Below, piece by piece: positions 32,488 to 39,088 of a stretch of DNA of 39,088 nucleotides. Every line of letters starts with the position of its first letter. Within the stretch, counting starts at the first letter, position 1. The DNA lies in the IMG/VR virus record IMGVR_UViG_3300027559_000001, positions 1 to 39,088 of that record; one strand, 5' to 3'. Origin of the DNA: a virus. The position numbers and the translations under genes are program-made. The notes below the pieces were generated by a model that saw only the letters and a list, made by a program, of their open reading frames with translations, was not told the origin of the DNA and did no database searches.

Positions 32488-32682
32488 ATGGAAATTATTG
32501 ATAAAACAAGTGATTTGAGGACATTTTTGATTGTCACAAACACTGGAAATTTTACAGTTAAAGGCACAAGTTTCGGATTTATCGGAAGCGGACCTATTTT
32601 AGTCATTTATGTTGAAGCGGAGCCCGTAGCATGTTTTCCTAATTATTATTATATTATTGACCATGAATTTAAAATAGAATGA
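32488..32682 (+). CDS. Hypothetical small protein (64 aa)
   Basis: ATG at 32488 just after the upstream TGA. ATGA-coupled downstream. Confidence 0.6.
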   Translation: MEIIDKTSDLRTFLIVTNTGNFTVKGTSFGFIGSGPILVIYVEAEPVACFPNYYYIIDHEFKIE

Positions 32683-33119
32683 ATAAAGATTTTTTAGGAA
32701 ACAAATTTCGATATTTTAATAAGAAAGGCGAACCTATTTCTTTAATTGAGTTCAGTATTCTTTTCGAAAATTTTCAATATAAAATTATCAAACAAGAAAA
32801 TGTTGGTAAATATTTTGTTAGTACAGTCTGGCTTGGTATAGATATGAATTATCGAAAGGATGGCCCTCCTCTAATTTTTGAAACTATGATTTTTATGAAT
32901 GATGAAAATGATGAGGATAAAGGAGATCCTTGTGAACACTTTATGGAACAGAAGAAGAAGCCTGCATTGGGCACGAAAAGGCTGTTGAAATGGCCAAATC
33001 AGCCCAAATTGCCCAATAAAATAATGAAACACTTTGAGTGTCAATTGCTTCACAAAAAAGTTCCATTATATCATAATGGATCAATCTTTTCGGTATGCGA
33101 GGAATGTAACAATGACTGA
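32679..33119 (+). CDS. Small conserved phage protein, apparently frameshifted (the family C-terminus is in the -1 frame)
   Basis: YFVSTVWLGIDMNYRKDGPPLIFETMIF matches a widespread phage family as I recall it. The expected Y.TEEEA..GHE.AV end is encoded at 32936-33019 in the -1 frame (LYGTEEEACIGHEKAVEMAK). Confidence 0.55.
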   Translation: MNKDFLGNKFRYFNKKGEPISLIEFSILFENFQYKIIKQENVGKYFVSTVWLGIDMNYRKDGPPLIFETMIFMNDENDEDKGDPCEHFMEQKKKPALGTKRLLKWPNQPKLPNKIMKHFECQLLHKKVPLYHNGSIFSVCEECNND

Positions 33120-33336
33120 GGAAGATAATCTCCTACGAGAAGCTATTTCTAAGATAGCAGGGCAAGAGCGTCAAATCCTTGATGATTTTGCAAAAGCAAA
33201 TATTGCTGCAAAATCATTCCTAACTCATGAAGATATTGCTTATATAATCACGCATCTTCAACTCTATCAGCAAGAAGTTAGAGAAGGAAACTTTTTCGGA
33301 TATAAATATTGGTATAGTTGGAGAGAGAATGACTGA
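33112..33336 (+). CDS. Hypothetical small protein (74 aa)
   Basis: Starts with ATGACTGAGGAAGA (MTEEDNLL). 8-nt ATGACTGA overlap with the upstream stop. Confidence 0.6.
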   Translation: MTEEDNLLREAISKIAGQERQILDDFAKANIAAKSFLTHEDIAYIITHLQLYQQEVREGNFFGYKYWYSWREND

Positions 33337-33344
33337 GGAAGAAT

Positions 33345-33533
33345 ATGCCTTGTACATGTTGGTATGAACCATCGGAAGCTTCTAAGAGCCTAATCAAAAA
33401 TCACTGTCAAGCGATTGTGGATGAGGTTCGTCGTTTGATGCAAATAGGTGATCCCTTGGGTTGCGAAATGAAAGACGTTCATGAGTTACTTGATCACCTT
33501 TACGATCCAGAAAGATGCAAGGAAAAGAGATGA
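33345..33533 (+). CDS. Cys-containing small protein (62 aa)
   Basis: The GAGGAAG of the junction motif serves as the RBS 7 nt upstream of the ATG. Confidence 0.6.
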   Translation: MPCTCWYEPSEASKSLIKNHCQAIVDEVRRLMQIGDPLGCEMKDVHELLDHLYDPERCKEKR

Positions 33534-33928
33534 CTGAAGAAAACGTTCACTGGAGCCAGATTGAAGAGGGCAAACAGGCACTTCTAAAGCTTATCAATGA
33601 AACCTTAGGTCCATTCGACCCTGGGCCTTTTTGCAAGGAAGGTGAAAGCGGTGAGGACAATATATCAATTAAGGTACCTACTGGTTCCGCTAATGTAAGA
33701 AGATCGCCACCCACCTCTTTTTTAAGAATTGATTCAGATGGCAACACATGGATAGAAGTAAAAGTTGGACCAAATGAGTCTGAGCCTTTTTATCGTGAAG
33801 AGGGGATATTTAAAATAATTGATGAAAGAATTCAATGGTGGAATCAATATTTACCAGAGCATTTATTAGTAGAAATTTCTAACTTAATTGTGAAATACCT
33901 AAACGAAAAGAGAGCTGAACATGGATAA
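33530..33928 (+). CDS. Hypothetical protein (132 aa)
   Basis: ATGA-coupled. Starts ATGACTGAAGAA (MTEENVHW). Confidence 0.65.
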   Translation: MTEENVHWSQIEEGKQALLKLINETLGPFDPGPFCKEGESGEDNISIKVPTGSANVRRSPPTSFLRIDSDGNTWIEVKVGPNESEPFYREEGIFKIIDERIQWWNQYLPEHLLVEISNLIVKYLNEKRAEHG

Positions 33929-34340
33929 ATTTGCAGAATTTTACAATGACGAAAACAAAATAGAGGAACTATCAGAATATGTTCATATCAATTTTAAATT
34001 GATTCACACAAAAATGTTATCTGAGATGAGAAGAAAGTTAGAGCTCACACCTGATATGCAAAATTCTGATGGATATGTCTCTTTGATGGTATCGCTATAC
34101 GGAAAAATGTTTAATGAAATGGTTTATTCCTTAGCGGGCATAAGTCAAGCAACAAATACAAAAGTTTCAGACATAATTCCTGCAACGACCTTAAAGGTTT
34201 TTCTGGATCTTTGGGAGGGAAAAAATCCCTTGGAAGGGAGAATGAGAACCGATGTAAAAGATGACCTAGAAGGTTTTAAGAAGTACTATTTAGAAAATAT
34301 CGACAGCTTACGACAGGTTTCTGAAGCTTTGCCAAAATGA
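33921..34340 (+). CDS. Hypothetical protein (139 aa)
   Basis: 8-nt overlap (ATGGATAA) with the upstream gene. Clean ORF. Confidence 0.65.
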   Translation: MDKFAEFYNDENKIEELSEYVHINFKLIHTKMLSEMRRKLELTPDMQNSDGYVSLMVSLYGKMFNEMVYSLAGISQATNTKVSDIIPATTLKVFLDLWEGKNPLEGRMRTDVKDDLEGFKKYYLENIDSLRQVSEALPK

Positions 34341-34603
34341 AAACCGTAACAATAAGAAACATAACCGACATTCTTGACGAAGAGTTTGGGGAATGGTGGG
34401 ATAACCCTTATGTCCTAAACATCTTTGCCTACCAGATGCAGATATTCGATGAAGAGAAGATTAAAACGGAATGCCCATTTTCCACGATAGATGCTTGCCT
34501 TGAGTTTAAGCGTAAGCGTACTGTCAATGGTAAGCCCATCAACGAACAATTCAACCAAAGAGCTTTCGAGAAGCTTATTCAAAGGGAGGAATATGAGATT
34601 TAG
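34337..34603 (+). CDS. Hypothetical protein (88 aa)
   Basis: ATGA-coupled. Clean ORF. Confidence 0.65.
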   Translation: MKTVTIRNITDILDEEFGEWWDNPYVLNIFAYQMQIFDEEKIKTECPFSTIDACLEFKRKRTVNGKPINEQFNQRAFEKLIQREEYEI

Positions 34604-34727
34604 AGCCAAACTATTCCATACTATAATGTGGGTCTTTGTTAAATTAAGACTTTGCTTGGAGTGCAAGATCACTACTTATAATGGAAGTTTCAAGACATAT
34701 GCCGCATGGGAAGAATATGAAAGCTGA
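34593..34727 (+). CDS. Micro-ORF (44 aa)
   Basis: GGAGGA lies 4 nt before the ATG. MRFRAKLFHTIMWVFVKLRLCLECKITTYNGSFKTYAAWEEYES. It bridges the two neighbours with short overlaps. Confidence 0.3.
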   Translation: MRFRAKLFHTIMWVFVKLRLCLECKITTYNGSFKTYAAWEEYES

Positions 34728-35025
34728 GCCATTGACCATAAATATAAATGATAAGAGTCCACTTCCAGATCGTTCAAATGAAATTACTCTTGCCCATGGC
34801 CTTGGTGTCGCTCTTCAACCTGATGGTCGCTTTCGGATATTTCACGAATGGATCAGCGTAAAGGATAGGCTGCCTGATCTATATGAAGAAGTTTTAGTAT
34901 TCAGAAGCCCTCCAGATCAAATTACAATATCTACCATACTTTTGATGGTTGACAATGAACCTCTATGGCGTGATCAAATATATTATAGTCACTGGATGCC
35001 TCTTCCTAAACCACCGGAGGAATGA
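34681..35025 (+). CDS. DUF551-like protein (alternative start 34717)
   Basis: EWISVKDRLPDLYEEVLVF...YSHWMPLPKPPEE. This is the third DUF551 copy in the genome. Confidence 0.7.
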   Translation: MEVSRHMPHGKNMKAEPLTININDKSPLPDRSNEITLAHGLGVALQPDGRFRIFHEWISVKDRLPDLYEEVLVFRSPPDQITISTILLMVDNEPLWRDQIYYSHWMPLPKPPEE

Positions 35026-35270
35026 TGACTGATTTCCCAAAGCATTTAACATTGTTAATAGAGCACAATCCTCATAAAAACTACTACCAAACTTCCAAAG
35101 AATGGTTTTATGATTATCACTGTTGTGAACAAGCCGATAAAGATGAATTTTCAGAAATCGATGATTTTTGGAAAATGCAATGGTATCCCAATACTCCCAT
35201 TGGTTTTCATGTAGTATTTGGAAGAACTTTGGAAGAGTGCCTTGAAAAAGCGAGGAAGTTGAATGACTAA
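35022..35270 (+). CDS. Hypothetical small protein (82 aa)
   Basis: ATGATGACTGAT start overlapping the upstream TGA. It ends AATGACTAA. Confidence 0.65.
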   Translation: MMTDFPKHLTLLIEHNPHKNYYQTSKEWFYDYHCCEQADKDEFSEIDDFWKMQWYPNTPIGFHVVFGRTLEECLEKARKLND

Positions 35271-35325
35271 GGAAAGAATAAAATCTATGAAATTAGAATT
35301 CATAACCAATTTGGAAATTTAACAA

Positions 35326-35523
35326 GTGGATAAAAAGAAATATAGCATTACGATTGAATTTACTGAAAAATCCTTCATGAATGATTTTATTGATCTTATT
35401 AAAGATGAAGACTGGAATACATATATAGAATATAAAATTATAAAAAACAAACCTGAATATTTAAATGAAATGGAAAATATCCTCTTTGAATTAAAAAAAA
35501 TTATTGAAAAAATAGATAGTTAG
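35326..35523 (+). CDS. AT-rich hypothetical small protein (65 aa, GTG start)
   Basis: ORF-track entry. Very Lys/Ile/Glu-rich. No RBS noted. Confidence 0.45.
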   Translation: MDKKKYSITIEFTEKSFMNDFIDLIKDEDWNTYIEYKIIKNKPEYLNEMENILFELKKIIEKIDS

Positions 35524-35558
35524 AATGTCATCATATTTATCAATTACCTGGAAAAAAA

Positions 35559-35777
35559 ATGACTGAGGAAGAATATAACACCGTAAATTTTATAGATGGT
35601 ATTTATAGGCCTCCCCATCATCCTGGGTCAATAGCGCAAAACGCAACGCTCGGTGTAAAATTCTCCAATGACATTTATGTAACTTCGGATATAGCTAAGG
35701 AATGGGGAATTAATGAAACCAATGCAGAATGGGTACCCGATCATCCTTTGGGTCCTTGTTGGAGAATTAAAAGATGA
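35559..35777 (+). CDS. Small protein, paralogue of 27028..27207
   Basis: Starts with AATGACTGAGGAAGAATAT, a 19-mer identical to 33328-33346. C-terminal GVKFSNDIY...EWGI...WRIKR. Confidence 0.65.
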   Translation: MTEEEYNTVNFIDGIYRPPHHPGSIAQNATLGVKFSNDIYVTSDIAKEWGINETNAEWVPDHPLGPCWRIKR

Positions 35778-36004
35778 CTGATAAATTCAAGCGTACCGGG
35801 TCAAATCAAAATATAGATCCTAAATATGTTAAAATAGTGGCTGGAATAAATGAAGATCTTTTAGGTGCATATGATGAAAATGTTTTTGTAATTCATCCTC
35901 CCGAAGGAACGGAATTCAAGGAATGTCCTTTATGCAAGAATCCTTTCGTCTACAATGGAATGCTTTCAAATTGTTTGTGGTGTGAGATTAATAAAGATGA
36001 CTGA
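35774..36004 (+). CDS. Zinc-ribbon small protein (76 aa)
   Basis: ATGA-coupled. CPLCKNPF...CLWCE. Confidence 0.65.
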   Translation: MTDKFKRTGSNQNIDPKYVKIVAGINEDLLGAYDENVFVIHPPEGTEFKECPLCKNPFVYNGMLSNCLWCEINKDD

Positions 36005-36164
36005 GGCAGAAAATAAAATTGTGAATCCTAAAAATGTTATGGAAATTTTTCGTAAACGTGCAAAAAAAAATCCAAACCTAGAAGCTGCATATATTGAAGA
36101 GAAGAAAAAATACTCAGTGATTTTAAGAAAGACTAATGTCAAATCTTTCACAACACTCACATGA
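35997..36164 (+). CDS. Basic small protein (55 aa)
   Basis: ATGACTGAGGCAGAA start with an 8-nt overlap on the upstream stop (MTEAENKIVN...). Confidence 0.5.
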   Translation: MTEAENKIVNPKNVMEIFRKRAKKNPNLEAAYIEEKKKYSVILRKTNVKSFTTLT

Positions 36165-36167
36165 TCT

Positions 36168-36419
36168 GTGAGGGCTGTTTTAATTTTAAAAACATCATAT
36201 GCCTCCAAGACACAACAAGGAGGCACCAAAAAGCCACATAAGGGTTATTATCAGACGTTTAAGCAAGCAAAACTCCCCCTTTCAACTCTTCTGTCTTTAT
36301 CAGGGAAAACCAAAATGTCTTTAGGGGGAAATTCCAAGCTTAGCAAGTCGAGATTTATTCGACAACTCCAAACTTATAAAAAACCCGGGGTACGCCCCCG
36401 GGAAACCATCAACCAATGA
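36168..36419 (+). CDS. Doubtful ORF (83 aa, GTG start, low-complexity basic)
   Basis: No RBS. It contains a GC hairpin plus A-tract (36378-36402) that reads as a minus-sense terminator. The region may be non-coding. Confidence 0.25.
   Translation: MRAVLILKTSYASKTQQGGTKKPHKGYYQTFKQAKLPLSTLLSLSGKTKMSLGGNSKLSKSRFIRQLQTYKKPGVRPRETINQ
36378..36402 (-). terminator. Minus-sense intrinsic terminator upstream of the portal gene
   Basis: CCCGGGG - 5-nt loop - CCCCGGG is a perfect 7-bp GC stem. In minus sense TTTTTTAT follows; in plus sense AAACCATC follows. Confidence 0.55.
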
Positions 36420-36526
36420 AGTGTTCGAAACCCACCTTATTCATGTCCCCATTTCCAGGCAAGAAGTAATAAACATATAAATTAAAATTTATTGTATATA
36501 AAATACTCGGCCGATAATGTCGGGTT

Positions 36527-38563
36527 ATGAGAAACAATGATCCAATTTTTTGGCCCGGTGCCGAGTATGATACATCTTTAAAAGCTCAACGCGATAAAAA
36601 TTACACAGACTGCATCAATATCCTGCAAACGCAGTGGTATCAGGCCGATGTAGATCAACGTTTCGTGTTAGGTGATCAAGATATTTGGGGGTTAATGTTC
36701 CCTGGCGTTGCAATGTATCGCCGGAAGATGTTCAACTTTAACCTAATTCAGTCGCATATCAACATGATAAGCGGCTACCAAAGGCGCAACCGTAAGTCTT
36801 CAATCGTCATTCCTATTCAGTCACCGATGCAAAAGACTGCAGATTTGCTCACCAAATGCCTATATTACGTTCACAATCAGACTGGAGCCTATCAGATCTA
36901 CTCTGATGCATTCGAGCAAGGCGCGCTTACGCAAGGTATAGGGTTCATCTCTATCTATAATGACCTTTCAAACGATCCTGTGAGCGGTGATATCAAACTT
37001 CGCTATATTGATTTCAAATCGGTTATCTGTGATCCCTATTTTAGGAAACATGATTTAAGCGATTGCCGCTTTATTGAAACGCGACAATTTTTTGGTAAGC
37101 GAGAGGCTGCTAGCTTCTATCCACAATTTTCCGATGATATCATGTCACTTCCTGGCGGAAACTATCGTGACGATAAGTTTTACTATATGCCAGAAGTTTA
37201 TCAAATCCAAAGACCTGACGTGATTGCTTTTGACGAGTATTGGTATTTAGCTTCCCGCGAATGCAAATACCTCGTGGATGTAATGACGAATGAATGTCAA
37301 GAATTTCAGGGAGATGAAGAGGATTTAAGAGTTATCCTGACAAACTTTAGAGATAAACTTAAGCTTATCAAAAAACCAAAACCCACTACTAGACGCACTC
37401 TTATTTTAAATGATCGTGTACTAATTGATGAGGCTAACCCCTACGGCATAGATCGATACCCCATCGTTTGTTCCTTAGGATATTTTTCACCTGATAGCCC
37501 GTATTATTCCTATAAATTCCGCGGCGTCGTCAGAGATCTACGTGATGCGCAATATCTCTTCAACAGAAGAAAGGTATCTGACCTTGACATTTTAGAAAGC
37601 CAACAGCAGGGCCTAAAAGTTAAGAAAGGCGCTTTAGTTACTCCTGAAGATGGATTCAACCAAGGTAATGGTCGGATGCTATCGATTGATCCAAAGTTTC
37701 AAATGGATGATGTCCAACCCATGCCGATCATCCCCCCCGCTCCGACGATGATTCAGATGGAAGAGATGCTCCAAAGCGTTATGAGTAGCATTTCAGGCGT
37801 AAACGAGACAATGCTTGGCACTGATATTGATAGCAAAGCTGGGATCATTTCTATGCTTCGCAATAGTGCAGGCATCACCACACTCACAAGGCTTTTTGAT
37901 CAGTTTGATGAAACACAAAGACTTTGCGGGGATATCATTTGCGAAATGATCATGAAGAATTGGACCTTTGGCAAAGTCAAACAAGTAACGGGTGAAGAAC
38001 CCACAGCAGAATTTGATAATAAAGCTTTCTTCAAATATGGCTGCAAAGTGGTTCAAGGGGCACTTACCGAATCTCAACAGCAACTTGAACTTGCACAAAT
38101 TATTCAGCTCAATGAAATGTATCCCGATACGGTTCCTGTTGAAGAAGTGATCGAACGCATGCAGCTTCAAAATAAAGATCAAGTTGTCGAAAAGATTCTC
38201 AAACGTCAACAGGCAGCCAATGAACAACAGCAGAAGATGGAACAACTTCAGATGCAGCAACTTGAAATCGACAATCAAGCGAAGATCTCCTACGCTAATT
38301 CGCAAGATGGTCTGGCCCAAGAAAGACTTGCCAAGATCCAAACAGATATTGCAGTTGCTCAAGATAAACTTAAGAAAGCACATCAAGAAGATACAGCATC
38401 CCAACTCAATATCATTAAGATGCTTAAAGAGCTTGAGGGGATGGATATGGCCAAGATGCAAGCCAAACTGGACTTCCTTCACAGTGTCAACCAAATCAAT
38501 TTCGATCAGGTAGAACAACTTCAGCAAGAACAAGCCCAAGCTGAGAAAACGGCGACAGTCTAG
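36527..38563 (+). CDS. Portal protein
   Basis: 678 aa. Portal-type core (..FNLIQSHINMISGYQRRNRKS..) and a long C-terminal Gln/Glu-rich helical barrel-like tail. Same operon as the terminase. Confidence 0.85.
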   Translation: MRNNDPIFWPGAEYDTSLKAQRDKNYTDCINILQTQWYQADVDQRFVLGDQDIWGLMFPGVAMYRRKMFNFNLIQSHINMISGYQRRNRKSSIVIPIQSPMQKTADLLTKCLYYVHNQTGAYQIYSDAFEQGALTQGIGFISIYNDLSNDPVSGDIKLRYIDFKSVICDPYFRKHDLSDCRFIETRQFFGKREAASFYPQFSDDIMSLPGGNYRDDKFYYMPEVYQIQRPDVIAFDEYWYLASRECKYLVDVMTNECQEFQGDEEDLRVILTNFRDKLKLIKKPKPTTRRTLILNDRVLIDEANPYGIDRYPIVCSLGYFSPDSPYYSYKFRGVVRDLRDAQYLFNRRKVSDLDILESQQQGLKVKKGALVTPEDGFNQGNGRMLSIDPKFQMDDVQPMPIIPPAPTMIQMEEMLQSVMSSISGVNETMLGTDIDSKAGIISMLRNSAGITTLTRLFDQFDETQRLCGDIICEMIMKNWTFGKVKQVTGEEPTAEFDNKAFFKYGCKVVQGALTESQQQLELAQIIQLNEMYPDTVPVEEVIERMQLQNKDQVVEKILKRQQAANEQQQKMEQLQMQQLEIDNQAKISYANSQDGLAQERLAKIQTDIAVAQDKLKKAHQEDTASQLNIIKMLKELEGMDMAKMQAKLDFLHSVNQINFDQVEQLQQEQAQAEKTATV

Positions 38564-38636
38564 TTTATATTGCTAAAATTTATTTTAATTCTTAAGGTGG
38601 AATTAACCCAAAAAGGGATAAACCCCGGAGTTTATT

Positions 38637-38828
38637 ATGGACATGGCTAAAAAAGGCTACAAGCAAGGCGATATGGGCCCCACTGTAGACGATTACGAAA
38701 GACCAGAAAGCAATTTCAGCCAAGCTGGATTCAGCAAAACGACTGAATATGTAGAAAGGCAAGATAAGTTTGTTGGAAAAGAAGCTTCTAAAGTTAGAAG
38801 CCAAGCTTATCAAGGGCGGTATAGCTAA
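38637..38828 (+). CDS. Hypothetical small protein (63 aa)
   Basis: GGAG lies 6 nt upstream. Preferred over the antisense ORF 38592..38813. Confidence 0.6.
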   Translation: MDMAKKGYKQGDMGPTVDDYERPESNFSQAGFSKTTEYVERQDKFVGKEASKVRSQAYQGRYS

Positions 38829-38989
38829 TGGCTAAAGCAAACAAAGTGGAAGTGCAAAGAGGCCCTATTGTGGCCGATCAACGCACCATGAAACATTCAA
38901 CAAGGCCCGAGATCGATCGTCAAGACGCATCTGATCGCGCTGGTCGTTGGGATGGCATGACGCTTAAGCTGCATATGCCAAAACAGTAG
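38828..38989 (+). CDS. Hypothetical small basic protein (53 aa)
   Basis: TAATG-coupled. MAKANKVEVQRGPIVADQRTMKHSTRPEIDRQDASDRAGRWDGMTLKLHMPKQ. Followed by the terminator at 39019. Confidence 0.5.
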   Translation: MAKANKVEVQRGPIVADQRTMKHSTRPEIDRQDASDRAGRWDGMTLKLHMPKQ

Positions 38990-39088
38990 CAATTAAATAT
39001 TTAAATTGATATCTGTTGGGGTCGACATTTGTCGGCCCTTTCCATTTAAGGAGATATTATGATTATAGCACAGATGATTATTTGGATT
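38990..39088. repeat. Terminal redundancy copy B (identical to nt 1-99)
   Basis: Exact 99-nt match to the window start. Confidence 0.95.

Noticed and set aside
36421-36440. tRNA-like GTGTTCGAAACCCAC T-loop look-alike
   Set aside because: The flanking bases do not form a 5-bp T-stem, and no acceptor or anticodon arms could be drawn. No other tRNA-like sequence was seen in the intergenic gaps.
37793-38539. 248-aa minus-strand ORF inside the portal gene
   Set aside because: It is antisense to a confidently called portal C-terminal Gln/Glu/Lys-rich helical region. Its Leu/Phe/Ile-rich low-complexity translation is the expected shadow of that codon periodicity, and there is no RBS.

Overview
This window is a complete, closed genome of a tailed dsDNA phage. 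Nt 1-99 repeat exactly at 38990-39088, so the unit length is 38,989 bp. I saw no tRNA, rRNA, CRISPR array, integrase or transposase. The layout looks podovirus-like: there is no tape-measure, sheath or tube gene, and there is a small/large tail-tubular-like gene pair followed by three internal-virion-like genes. Plus-strand late genes are ParB-like, terS, terL (29.5-31.8 kb), a 4.6-kb island of about 20 tiny orphan genes (31.8-36.4 kb), portal (36.5-38.6 kb), scaffold, HK97-type capsid, head/tail proteins and ejection proteins (1.1-12.9 kb), and a six-gene fibre/tailspike locus (14.2-19.7 kb). An inverted four-gene membrane-protein cassette (12987-14046, minus) interrupts the structural module. 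A leftward early operon (24037 down to 19672) encodes RecT, a YqaJ exonuclease, a metallophosphoesterase, GroES, an RNA polymerase alpha-CTD-like protein and small membrane proteins. A rightward operon (24126-27207) encodes a Cro-like HTH, a replication initiator, a DnaC-like loader, a zinc ribbon protein and RusA. A second leftward block (29385-27377) holds small genes including DUF551 paralogues. The most interesting signals are these. (1) A promoter-to-terminator unit for a roughly 270-nt structured minus-strand RNA lies between the cro-like and rep genes, and its stems are intact only in minus sense. (2) Three more minus-sense intrinsic terminators sit in plus-strand gene gaps. (3) A conserved ATGACTGAGGAAGA junction occurs at nine gene boundaries in the terL-portal island. 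(4) The phage encodes an alpha-CTD-like protein coupled to GroES. (5) A micro-ORF reproduces the C-terminal tail of the exonuclease. (6) One gene appears frameshifted. (7) No endolysin is recognisable. All functional calls rest on reading the translations and recalling family motifs; no database search was run.
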